NCBI GenBank assembly: GCA_039028615.1
Contig: JBCCHT010000019.1
Span: 1-64,000, forward strand
Source of the DNA: Myxococcota bacterium
Lineage (GTDB): Bacteria > Myxococcota_A > Polyangia > Nannocystales > Nannocystaceae
Length of the DNA: 64,000 nt
Direction: 5' to 3'
Made by a program: the position numbers and the translations under genes. The notes under the pieces are model-generated. The model saw nothing but the letters and a program-made list of their open reading frames with translations, ran no database searches and was not told the origin of the DNA. Positions 22,882 to 31,487 of the stretch are shown piece by piece (the first letter of the stretch is position 1; the number at the start of each line of letters is the position of its first letter).

Positions 22882-24030
22882 TCAATAGGGCGCGAACTTG
22901 CTCCGACTGCGGCGCGACGCGTTGAGCCGCCGCAGCTCCTCGGCGCCGTACGCCTGCGGCGAGCCCTTGGGCAGCTGCCGCCGAATGAAGCGCATGATCG
23001 TCTCGCGGGCCTGCTCGCCGCCGTCGCGCCGCATCTGGTCGAGCTCGGAGCTGTCCGCTCCCTCGAACCCCGGCATGCGCAGCGGCAGCCCTTCTTCGCA
23101 CTCGTCCCAGCGATCGAACAATCGCTGGCGTCGCTGCGCGTCGGTGGTGCCGCTCTTGGTCCACTCGTCCATCAGCTCGCGATACAACGAGCGCAGGCGT
23201 CGGTCGAGCTTGTCGCGGGCGAACTCGACGGCCATCGAGAGGCGCAGGTCGAAGGTGGCGTCGAGCAAGCGCTTCTTCTGCTGCTGATACAGCTCCTGCC
23301 CTTGGCCGGCGCGGATCATCTCGCTCATACCCGGCATCGACGACGGCGTGACGGTGATGCGGAACTTGACGCGACCGTCGGGGAGCAGCGTCGCCTTGAA
23401 GCCGCTTTGCCGATCCGTGTAGACCATCTTGCCGTTGCGCGAGGGCTTGAAGCCGGCCTCGGTCAGCGAACGCGGCTTGCCATCGGTGGGCCCGGGCAGC
23501 TCGACCGCCGCCGCCCCGAACTGCCGCACGACCTGTCCCGTGCCCACCTTCGGCGGGGCCAACGACGGCCGCAAGCTCGTCCGCGGACCCGCGTCACGGC
23601 TATCGGAGCGGAGCCCCAACAACGCCACCCCGCCCGGTTCGGGCTCGGGCCCGGGCTCGACGGTGACCGCGGGCGGCTGCGGCGAGGAGCCCGGAGGCTC
23701 GGCGTTGACCCGCGGCCGGGCGGGACGCGAAGGCGACGGAGCGACGGGTTCGCTGGGCGGCACCGGATCGCTCTTGGCCGGTTCACTCGGAGGCGCGGAC
23801 GGGGCACTCGGAGTGACGGCAGGCTCGGGCTCGACCGGCACCTCGGCGGGCGGCAGCTCGATCCACTCGATCGGCGTGTAGGTCAGCGCCGCATCCGAGG
23901 ACGACGGCTCGTAGTCGGGCAGGCTCGCCCACCACCCAAACAGCAGCAGATGCAGCCCACCCGAGACCACCCAGGGTAGCCAGCGGCGACGCCGGGACTC
24001 GGCGCGAGTGCGGTCTCGTCGGGGTTCCAC
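22882..24030 (-). CDS. Hypothetical protein with N-terminal TM anchor and TonB-like Pro-rich linker
   Basis: WVVSGGLHLLLF anchor, Pro-rich stretch, helical C domain ending FAPY. Confidence 0.65.
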   Translation of the reverse strand: MEPRRDRTRAESRRRRWLPWVVSGGLHLLLFGWWASLPDYEPSSSDAALTYTPIEWIELPPAEVPVEPEPAVTPSAPSAPPSEPAKSDPVPPSEPVAPSPSRPARPRVNAEPPGSSPQPPAVTVEPGPEPEPGGVALLGLRSDSRDAGPRTSLRPSLAPPKVGTGQVVRQFGAAAVELPGPTDGKPRSLTEAGFKPSRNGKMVYTDRQSGFKATLLPDGRVKFRITVTPSSMPGMSEMIRAGQGQELYQQQKKRLLDATFDLRLSMAVEFARDKLDRRLRSLYRELMDEWTKSGTTDAQRRQRLFDRWDECEEGLPLRMPGFEGADSSELDQMRRDGGEQARETIMRFIRRQLPKGSPQAYGAEELRRLNASRRSRSKFAPY

Positions 24031-24123
24031 GCTGCCCCGTCAGCATACGACCTGGCGGACCGGGCGGCGCAAGTGCGCGGGGACACGCTGGCCCGGATCG
24101 GCCCCCGTCATTCCCGCACCCAT

Positions 24124-24194
24124 TAAAAAGCGCCGCCACGGCCTGGTCGTGGGACTTGCTCGTGACGAAGCAAGTCTCTCGACCTGACCGTGGC
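24124..24194 (-). terminator. Long imperfect hairpin (60 nt) with U-tract; terminator for the small lipoprotein gene
   Basis: gccacgg/ccgtggc, ggtcg/cgacc and gggacttgct/agcaagtctc arms at 24135-24194, with ttttta shortly downstream on the minus strand. Confidence 0.65.
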
Positions 24195-24271
24195 GACCGA
24201 CGCCTCGGACTCGGACCCCGCGGCGCGACAGACAGCAGAAAACTAAGGAAGAAGGAGCGCGAGCAGCGAGC

Positions 24272-24535
24272 TCACTTGCACTTGCCGAGGGCCTCGACGG
24301 TGCTGGCATCCATCACGCAGGACGCGAGCTCCTTGTACTGGAAGATGCCCTTGGTGTCCTTGCGCATCTTCCACTTGAAGTCGCAACCGTCGACGGCTGC
24401 CTTCGCGGCCTCGTCGCCGGCCTCTTTCTTCACGATCTCCTCGATGTGTCCGCAGACCTCTTCGGGAGCAGCTCCGCAGCCGACGGCGAAGACGGAGGCG
24501 AGAAGACCGGCGACGATGACACTGGATTTTTTCAT
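24272..24535 (-). CDS. Small Cys-containing lipoprotein
   Basis: MKKSSVIVAGLLASVFAVGC lipobox and four further Cys. Confidence 0.8.
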   Translation of the reverse strand: MKKSSVIVAGLLASVFAVGCGAAPEEVCGHIEEIVKKEAGDEAAKAAVDGCDFKWKMRKDTKGIFQYKELASCVMDASTVEALGKCK

Positions 24536-24722
24536 GGTGGGCGACTTTCGGTGGGGTGACGTGTGGGCGACTCGGGACACGCGGTGAGCCCCCTCGGCTC
24601 GTTCGCGTCGGTCCCGCTTTGGATTCACCCACCAAGACGAGACGCCCGACGAGTTGTCGCGTCACCCCGACGAGAAAAATCGTCCCCGTCCTTACGCGCA
24701 CGACACGCTGTCGTGGGGAGAC

Positions 24723-26981
24723 CTACTTCTCCATCATCTCGCGGGCGCCACGGAGGATGTCGTCCTCACCGACCAGCACCAGATCTGCGGCGGGCCCCAG
24801 CGGAATGAAGCTGTCCATGCTGGTCACCCGACGCAGCGGACCGCGGTATCCACCGTCGACCAGGGCCGCCATGATGCCTTCGGACACTCCGCCGCTGCGA
24901 CGCGTCTCGTCGACGATGAGCACGCGGCCGATCTCGTTGGCGGCCTCGAGCAAGTCGTCGACGGGCAGCGGAGCCAGCCAGCGCAGGTCGAGCACGGTGG
25001 CCGAGATCCCCTCGGTGTCGAGGGTCCGAGCGACTCGCCTCGACATCCGAACGCCGTTGGCAAACGAGACGATCAGTAGATCCTTGCCGTCGGTCCAGCG
25101 CCGGGCCTTGCCCAGCGGCACGGGCGGAGCATCGTGCTGGTAGGGGCTCTGGTACAGGCCGTCGCCCTCCTCGTAGAGGTCGCGCGTGTTGTACAGGGCG
25201 ATCGGCTCCAAGAAGACGGAGACCGCTCCGTCCACCTTGGCCGCGGCCACACAGGTTCGCAGCATGGCCGCCGCGTCTTCGCCACATGAAGGCGAGGCGA
25301 GGATGAGCCCGGGCACGTCGCGCAGCACCGCGACCGAGTTGTCGTTGTGGAAGTGCCCGCCGAAGCCCTTTTGGTAGGCATACGAAGCGATGCGCACCAC
25401 CATCGGGTTGGCGAACTGGGCCTTGGAGAAGAACTGAAGCGTGGCTGCCTCGCCGCGGATCTGGTCCTCGGCGTTGTGCAGGTACGCGAGGTACTGGATC
25501 TCGGGGATGGGGATGAACCCGGCCTGCGCCGCCCCGATGGCCAGGCCCAAGATCGTCTGCTCGTCCAGCAGGGTGTCGAAGACGCGGCCGATGCCCATGC
25601 GGCGCTGGAGACCGCGGGTGAGGCCGTAGACGCCCCCCTTCTTGGCGACGTCCTCACCGAAGAGCACCAGCTCCGGGTACTTGAGCATCAGGTCGCCCAG
25701 GCATCGATTGATGTGCCCCGCCAGCGGCAGCGGCCCCGCGTGCTCCGGGAGTCGGCGTCGGGCCTGCTCGCGCGCGGCCGCGTCGTCGACGATGCTCGGG
25801 GCCCAGAACTGCAGACGATCGCCCTCCTCGACCACGCGCTGGGCTTCCGGCTCGATGTGCCCGGGCCGACGCGGCGCCATGGGGGCCATCACCGTCTCGG
25901 CGCTCTGGAGCATCGGACGCTCGATCACCTCGCGCATGGTGGCGTCGACTTCCTTGGCCGCCTCCTCGTAGCACTCGCGCGCCTGGTCGGCCGTGATCAC
26001 CCCGTTTTTGACCAGCAGCCGCGCGGTGGCCAGCACGGGGTCTCGGGCCTCGTCGGCGCGCAGATCGTCGATGTCGCGATAGGCCAGCGCCACGTCGGAG
26101 CCGGCGTGCCCCAAGAGCCGAACCGTGCTCAGGTGCAAGAAGGCCGGTCGCCTCGACTCCCGCACATAGTCCACGGCTGCCTTGGCGCACTCGTACGCCG
26201 GCGCCAAGCTACAGCCATCGGCGGAGAAGTAACGCAGGCCCGGGCGCCCGCGGTGGTTCTGCTCGATCCACCCCGGCGGCGTACGAACGCTGATGCCCAG
26301 CCCGTTGTCCTCGCAGACGAACAACAGCGGCACCGGCAGGTCCATATGCGAGATGTAGCAAGCCGCATTGATCGCTCCGGTCGCGGTCGAGTGGTTGGCC
26401 GACGCATCGCCGAAGCTCACCATCACGATCGCGTCGCCGGGCAGCTCCTCGTTGACGCCCAGCCGAGTCGCCCGCTTGAGCGCAAAGGCCATGCCCACCG
26501 CCTTGGGCAGCTGCGAGGCCACGGTCGAGGTCTGCGGCGGAATCCACAGCTGCCGACTCCCGAAGACCTTGTGACGGCCACCCGCGATCGGCTCTTCCTC
26601 CGCCGCGGCCATGCCCAGCAGCACGTCTCGCACCGCGTGCTCGTAGCCGGCCTTGCGCGCGCGCTCGAGAAAGAAGCCGCCCGATCGATAATGCAAGAAC
26701 GCCGGATCGTCGGGTCGCATCGCCGCGGCTACGACCGCGTTGCCCTCGTGCCCCGATGAACCGATGGTGTAGTAGCCGCGGCCGAGACCGCGAAGCTCGA
26801 GCGCGGCGAAGTCGATGTGTCGGCTTCGCAGCTGCACCTTGAACAGCTCCAGCGCGAGCTCGGGACTGAGCGAACCCAGCGTTTCGCTCGCGACGATCGC
26901 GAGATCGTCGGACTCGTGGGCGACCCCTTCACGGAACGCCTGGTCGACGGAGGGAGCGGAGGCGGGCTCGCGATTGGGCAT
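24723..26981 (-). CDS. Fused E1 alpha/beta subunit of a 2-oxoacid (branched-chain-type) dehydrogenase, TPP-dependent
   Basis: YYTIGSSGHE, LHYRS, GDASANH...EDN TPP motif, FGEDVAKKGGVY, EIQYLAY, GGHFHN, VLDLRWLAPL. Confidence 0.9.
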   Translation of the reverse strand: MPNREPASAPSVDQAFREGVAHESDDLAIVASETLGSLSPELALELFKVQLRSRHIDFAALELRGLGRGYYTIGSSGHEGNAVVAAAMRPDDPAFLHYRSGGFFLERARKAGYEHAVRDVLLGMAAAEEEPIAGGRHKVFGSRQLWIPPQTSTVASQLPKAVGMAFALKRATRLGVNEELPGDAIVMVSFGDASANHSTATGAINAACYISHMDLPVPLLFVCEDNGLGISVRTPPGWIEQNHRGRPGLRYFSADGCSLAPAYECAKAAVDYVRESRRPAFLHLSTVRLLGHAGSDVALAYRDIDDLRADEARDPVLATARLLVKNGVITADQARECYEEAAKEVDATMREVIERPMLQSAETVMAPMAPRRPGHIEPEAQRVVEEGDRLQFWAPSIVDDAAAREQARRRLPEHAGPLPLAGHINRCLGDLMLKYPELVLFGEDVAKKGGVYGLTRGLQRRMGIGRVFDTLLDEQTILGLAIGAAQAGFIPIPEIQYLAYLHNAEDQIRGEAATLQFFSKAQFANPMVVRIASYAYQKGFGGHFHNDNSVAVLRDVPGLILASPSCGEDAAAMLRTCVAAAKVDGAVSVFLEPIALYNTRDLYEEGDGLYQSPYQHDAPPVPLGKARRWTDGKDLLIVSFANGVRMSRRVARTLDTEGISATVLDLRWLAPLPVDDLLEAANEIGRVLIVDETRRSGGVSEGIMAALVDGGYRGPLRRVTSMDSFIPLGPAADLVLVGEDDILRGAREMMEK

Positions 26982-27283
26982 CGGCGGGGATCATGGTGTC
27001 CACCGGCCCCAGCGGCTTGTGCCCCGTTGCGACTTTTTCCCGGACGGATCTGAAACGACGTGTGTTCTCCCGCATTCAACGGGGGAACGTTGGGCGCAGG
27101 ATGTTTGGATACAGGTGGGTCATTGCGCCACAGCTAACTACTGCCAGGCTTTTTCTTACACTGAGAAATATGTATTTTTTCTAACCAAAAAATCTCCAAG
27201 CATCGTAGTGTTTATCCCGTTTCGAACCCATCCACTCTAACTCCGACCCGCTTCTTGCCGGGCGGAAATGTTTGCTAGCGACA

Positions 27284-28330
27284 ATGAAGAACCCATCGCC
27301 GCCTCCACGGTGGGGCACCCGCACCTGGGGCACTTTGCCCCTTCGCGGCCTGCCAGCGCTGTCACTGTCTTTCTCCCTCTTGGTCCCTGCCATGGCACTA
27401 GCGGGTCATACCCCCTCCGGCGGGTACGGCACCGGCAACGTCGAGTCGGGAGACTTCCGTACCCTCCTGCATCGCGGCGCCGCGGTGCCCTTCGAGCTGA
27501 CCGTCGTCGCAACGCCCAACGATTGCAACGGCTACATGAAGCTCGACGTCGAGTGGGACGAGGCGAGCAACGAAGTCGAAGTCGGCCTTTGGGGCAACGG
27601 GGTGCTCGAGCCCTATCCCGACGTCGAGCGGACGCTCGGGGTCAACTACACCCCGAACGAATTTTTCCCGGAGCCCGAAGACTTCCAGGACGGAAGGTAT
27701 CAGCTGTGGATGGTCAGCGCGGCGGGTCCGATCACGATGTTCTTCTACGATCCGGTCACGCTGGATCTGATGGGGAGCGAGTACGACTTCGCGGTGCCGC
27801 CTCCGGCGATCCCGGTGTTCTTCCCCACGCTGTACATGACGGCGACAGAGACGTTCCAGCCGCAGTGGAACGGTAACGTTCGCGAGACCTGGACCTACGA
27901 CTACGACGCCATGGTCCGGGGCGACCTTCCGCAGTACGCCCATCACATCGTCACCTTCCCGCCTCCCAACCTGTGCGGGGCCGACCCCAACCGCCTCGAC
28001 CTGTCGACGCTGCGCCCGTACATCTCCGATCCGCTGCCGGCTTCGGAAGCGCGGCCCTTCTCCGACTACCTGCGAGGAGGCCTGCTCTTCGACGTGACGA
28101 TCGAGCCGCCCGAGTACTACACCGATCCGCCCCTGACCACGCTGGCCGCGACCTACAGCGGAGCGACCGCGGGGGCCGGCGGGATCCCGGCGGGGTGGAA
28201 CTTCGACATCGACGCCGCGTTCATGAACGTGGCTCCGCCGATTCGCCCCTGGGCGGGCGCCGGAAGCTGCACCGACGTCTACCCCGGGCTCCATACGACT
28301 GGCCTCAACGTCTGCGGAGGTGCGCCATGA
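27284..28330 (+). CDS. Hypothetical secreted protein translationally coupled to the di-heme cytochrome
   Basis: Signal peptide ending AMALA, Pro/Tyr/Asp-rich mature part with four Cys, ATGA overlap with the next gene. Confidence 0.75.
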   Translation: MKNPSPPPRWGTRTWGTLPLRGLPALSLSFSLLVPAMALAGHTPSGGYGTGNVESGDFRTLLHRGAAVPFELTVVATPNDCNGYMKLDVEWDEASNEVEVGLWGNGVLEPYPDVERTLGVNYTPNEFFPEPEDFQDGRYQLWMVSAAGPITMFFYDPVTLDLMGSEYDFAVPPPAIPVFFPTLYMTATETFQPQWNGNVRETWTYDYDAMVRGDLPQYAHHIVTFPPPNLCGADPNRLDLSTLRPYISDPLPASEARPFSDYLRGGLLFDVTIEPPEYYTDPPLTTLAATYSGATAGAGGIPAGWNFDIDAAFMNVAPPIRPWAGAGSCTDVYPGLHTTGLNVCGGAP

Positions 28331-29697
28331 GCATCACTCGTTTCACCACGTGCGTGGGCCTCGGCCTGGGCCTCCTGTCACTGCCGGGCTGCGACTCGGA
28401 GGTCGAAGACGTCGAGGCCGAGGTCGAGTTCCGGTCGGGCTGGAACCACGCCCCGGAGTTCAACACCGGGAGCTACAACGTCCACCTCGAGCGGACCGTT
28501 CGCTTCGAGCACGCCGCTCCCGGTAGCGACGCCGCGGCGGGTCAGGCCCTGTTCGGCGTAGCCGCCGACGGGATCAACCCCGATCCCTCGGGCGGGCTCT
28601 TCCAGGGCGACTCGATGGTATTCGGCGGCGAGGTCACGTCCAACGGGCGGACCTGCTTCACCTGCCATCGCGGCCCCGACGTGGACTGGGGCATGCCCGT
28701 GCCGCCCTTCTCGGACTCGGTGCCCCCGGACGATCCCTTGTTCACCGGCCTCGATGCCGATGCCCAGGGTGACCCGGACGGCGAGTTCAACCTCGACGAG
28801 CTGGGGCTGTTCAAGATCCGACCGAACCGCTTCAACGTGACGCGGGACGCCGATGACCCGTTCCGACAGGTCTTTGGCTGGCGCAAGTCGCCCGCGATCT
28901 CCGACATCGGGCTCGCGCACGGTCTGCTCACCGACCTTCGGGCGCGCACCATGTTCGAGCTCGCCCGCGGGGCCGTGTTCTCGCACACCCAGATCAGCGA
29001 CGCTCGCTTCGACGACCTGTTCTCGCAGGCCGACGGCGACAACCTCGGCGCGTTCATGCTGGGGCTGCACACCGACCCGGCCCTGGCCGCGCTCCGCGAT
29101 CCCAGCGATCCCGGGCACCAGGCGCTGATCGACGACCCCTTCGCCACCGTCCCGGTCACGACCCGGCGACAGCGCAAGGGCCGGCGCTTGTTCAAGAAGC
29201 ACTGCATGGCGTGTCACAACACGCCGAACGTCTTCAACAACCTCGACAACATCGAGCCCGTGGGCAACGGCGAGCGTCCCACGTCCTTCCCGCCCATGGC
29301 CCCGGCCATTGGTCGTGGCTTCAACGTGGGCGTGGCCGAGGCCAACATGCACGGCCTCCGCTTCACCCACGACAACGGGGACGGCAGCTTCTCGCCGATC
29401 ATCATTCCGCTGGCGGAGGAAGACGGCACGCTCGTAGAGCACGAGATCGAGTTCGACATCGGGCTGGCCGCGACGACCGGTCGAGTCGAGGACATCGGTC
29501 GCTTCAAGGTGCCCTCGCTGCGCAACGTCGGCAACCACGCGCCGTACTTCCACGACAACTCGGTCGACACCCTCGAGGAGGTGGTCGATTACTTCTGCAG
29601 CGACGAGTACAACAACTCGCCGGCCGGGCAGCGGTACCCCATTCACATGAACGCCAACAAGCGGGCCAAGCTCGTGGAGTTCCTCGAGCTGCTCTAG
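28327..29697 (+). CDS. Di-heme cytochrome c peroxidase/MauG-superfamily lipoprotein (divergent)
   Basis: Lipobox LPGC, CFTCH (28654-28668), CMACH (29203-29217), GRFKVPSLRNV..HAPYFHD. Confidence 0.85.
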   Translation: MSITRFTTCVGLGLGLLSLPGCDSEVEDVEAEVEFRSGWNHAPEFNTGSYNVHLERTVRFEHAAPGSDAAAGQALFGVAADGINPDPSGGLFQGDSMVFGGEVTSNGRTCFTCHRGPDVDWGMPVPPFSDSVPPDDPLFTGLDADAQGDPDGEFNLDELGLFKIRPNRFNVTRDADDPFRQVFGWRKSPAISDIGLAHGLLTDLRARTMFELARGAVFSHTQISDARFDDLFSQADGDNLGAFMLGLHTDPALAALRDPSDPGHQALIDDPFATVPVTTRRQRKGRRLFKKHCMACHNTPNVFNNLDNIEPVGNGERPTSFPPMAPAIGRGFNVGVAEANMHGLRFTHDNGDGSFSPIIIPLAEEDGTLVEHEIEFDIGLAATTGRVEDIGRFKVPSLRNVGNHAPYFHDNSVDTLEEVVDYFCSDEYNNSPAGQRYPIHMNANKRAKLVEFLELL

Positions 29698-29720
29698 CGG
29701 CCCGACGAACGTCGAACGAC

Positions 29721-29762
29721 GAAGCCACCGTCGAACGCTCTCGCGGCGTTCACGGTGGCTTC
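29721..29762. terminator. Hairpin between convergent genes
   Basis: gaagccaccgt-cgaacgc...gcgttc-acggtggcttc inverted repeat. Confidence 0.6.
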
Positions 29763-29780
29763 TCTACGCCGGGCCGGCGA

Positions 29781-30338
29781 TCAGCAGCCCTGCGCCTCGA
29801 GGAAGTTCGAGACGTCCTCGAAGGGGATGTGCTGGGCGATGTTCTCGCCGTAAAACGCCTGCTGGATCATCCCGTGCGAGTCGATGAGGAAGTCGGCCGG
29901 CACCCGCAGGGCGGGCCCGTCCCACGGCTGCACGATGGGGATGCCCACCTTGCTGGCGCCGCCGATGACCTCGCGGACCTGCTTGCCGAACGCCCCCTTC
30001 ATCGACGTCTCCAGCTGATACTCGGCGTAGAGTTCGAGCTTGGTGTCGGAGATGATGTTGAAGGGCGGGTCATGGCGCTTGACCAGACCATCGAGCTTGC
30101 GCCCCGGCGACTGGAACACGCCCAGCATGGTGAAGTTGCGCCCCGCGAACGCCTTCGGCCAGATCGACAGCAGCTGGTGGATCCGAAAGTTGCACAGCGG
30201 GCATGCGGCGTAGCGGAAGAACGCCAGCCACACCGGCCCACCGCGAAGCTCCGTCAACGACACCGGTTTACCGTCGATGGTCTCGACGCTGAACTCGGGC
30301 GCTTGCTGCCCCACCTTGAGTCTGTTCTCGCCTGGCAC
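29781..30338 (-). CDS. Redoxin/AhpC-TSA family thioredoxin-fold protein
   Basis: LKVGQQAPEF, FFRYAACPLC, VPADFLID. Confidence 0.85.
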   Translation of the reverse strand: MPGENRLKVGQQAPEFSVETIDGKPVSLTELRGGPVWLAFFRYAACPLCNFRIHQLLSIWPKAFAGRNFTMLGVFQSPGRKLDGLVKRHDPPFNIISDTKLELYAEYQLETSMKGAFGKQVREVIGGASKVGIPIVQPWDGPALRVPADFLIDSHGMIQQAFYGENIAQHIPFEDVSNFLEAQGC

Positions 30339-30424
30339 CGGTTGCAGATTCTAGCATCGCCACGTCCCGGCGGTACAAAGCGAACTCTGCGGAGGCCAAC
30401 CGACCCTGCGGTGCAATCCGCGGC

Positions 30425-30982
30425 CTATCTCGGGCCGGGGGCCTGAGGCTGCAGCTCGTGCAGCTTGTTTCGGAGGTCTTCGTTGATCGTACGCAGTTCA
30501 CGAGCTTCTTCGGGCTCGGACCAGCGCAGATGCTGAAGTAGGGGCTGGAGCGCCTCGTGGCCGCGCCTGTAGTAATCCGTCCACTCCGCGTTGTCGAGCG
30601 TGCGCCCCGAGTCGATGAGCTGGTCGAGCTCGGCCATGAAGTCGGTGTAGTTGCGCCGCGCCTGTTCGAGACCGACGGTGGGTACCGGGCGCGGTGGCGG
30701 ACCACCGCGCGGCGGCTCCGGGGCTGGCGGGGGCGCGGCTTCTGCGGCTTTGTCGGGGAAGCGCGGAGGCTGAACGGGCGCGGCCGGAGGCGAGGGTCGT
30801 TGCTGCCCCCTCGCCACCGTCGCGGGCGAGCGACGACGCGGTGCCGGCTTGGCTGTCGGCGCTTCGTCGACGACTTCGCTCTGGGCCCGCGGCGATCGCT
30901 TCGACCCTTGCAGGGTGTACGCCGCGTACCCGACCACGAACACCGTGGCCACACCCGCGACCGCCAAGCCCAAGGAGCGCAT
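30425..30982 (-). CDS. Hypothetical protein (N-terminal TM, Pro-rich linker, helical C domain)
   Basis: MRSLGLAVAGVATVFVVGYAAY; extended -10 box 9 nt upstream. Confidence 0.65.
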   Translation of the reverse strand: MRSLGLAVAGVATVFVVGYAAYTLQGSKRSPRAQSEVVDEAPTAKPAPRRRSPATVARGQQRPSPPAAPVQPPRFPDKAAEAAPPPAPEPPRGGPPPRPVPTVGLEQARRNYTDFMAELDQLIDSGRTLDNAEWTDYYRRGHEALQPLLQHLRWSEPEEARELRTINEDLRNKLHELQPQAPGPR

Positions 30983-31050
30983 CGTGCCGCGAGGATAGCA
31001 CCTGGCTCGCCCTGCGCCTTTCGTGTACGAACGAATCCGCGGAGCCCCCG

Positions 31051-31461
31051 ATGACCACCATTTTCGACAAGATCCTCGACGGCGCAATCCCCTGTCACAA
31101 GGTCTACGAAGACGACCACGTGCTCGCGTTCCTCGACATCAATCCGCTGTCGGTCGGCCACACGCTGGTGATCCCCAAGGAGCGCAAGGCGTTCCTCCAC
31201 GAGCTGTCCGACGATCAGAGCGCCGCCATCGGCCGCGTCTTGCCCCGGCTGGCCCGGGCGGTGATGAACGCGACCGGAGCCACCGCCTACAACATCTTGC
31301 AGAACAACGGCGCCACCGCCCACCAAGCGGTGTTCCACGTGCACTTCCACATCATCCCCCGCATGCAGGAGCGCGGCCTCGGCATCGGCTGGTCCACGAC
31401 CTCGCTCGACCACGACACCGCCCCTGCCCTCGCCCAGCGCATCAACGCCGCCATCGAGTAG
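31051..31461 (+). CDS. HIT family nucleotide hydrolase
   Basis: TIFDKIL, AFLDINP, GHTLVIPK, histidine triad HVHFH; GGAG SD. Confidence 0.93.
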   Translation: MTTIFDKILDGAIPCHKVYEDDHVLAFLDINPLSVGHTLVIPKERKAFLHELSDDQSAAIGRVLPRLARAVMNATGATAYNILQNNGATAHQAVFHVHFHIIPRMQERGLGIGWSTTSLDHDTAPALAQRINAAIE

Positions 31462-31487
31462 CGGCATCGCGTGGCATAGTGGGGGCC

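Noticed and set aside
30333..30346. TGGCACCGGTTGCA resembling a sigma54 promoter
   Set aside because: GG-to-GC spacing is 2 nt too short, and it points into the antisense strand of the redoxin gene.
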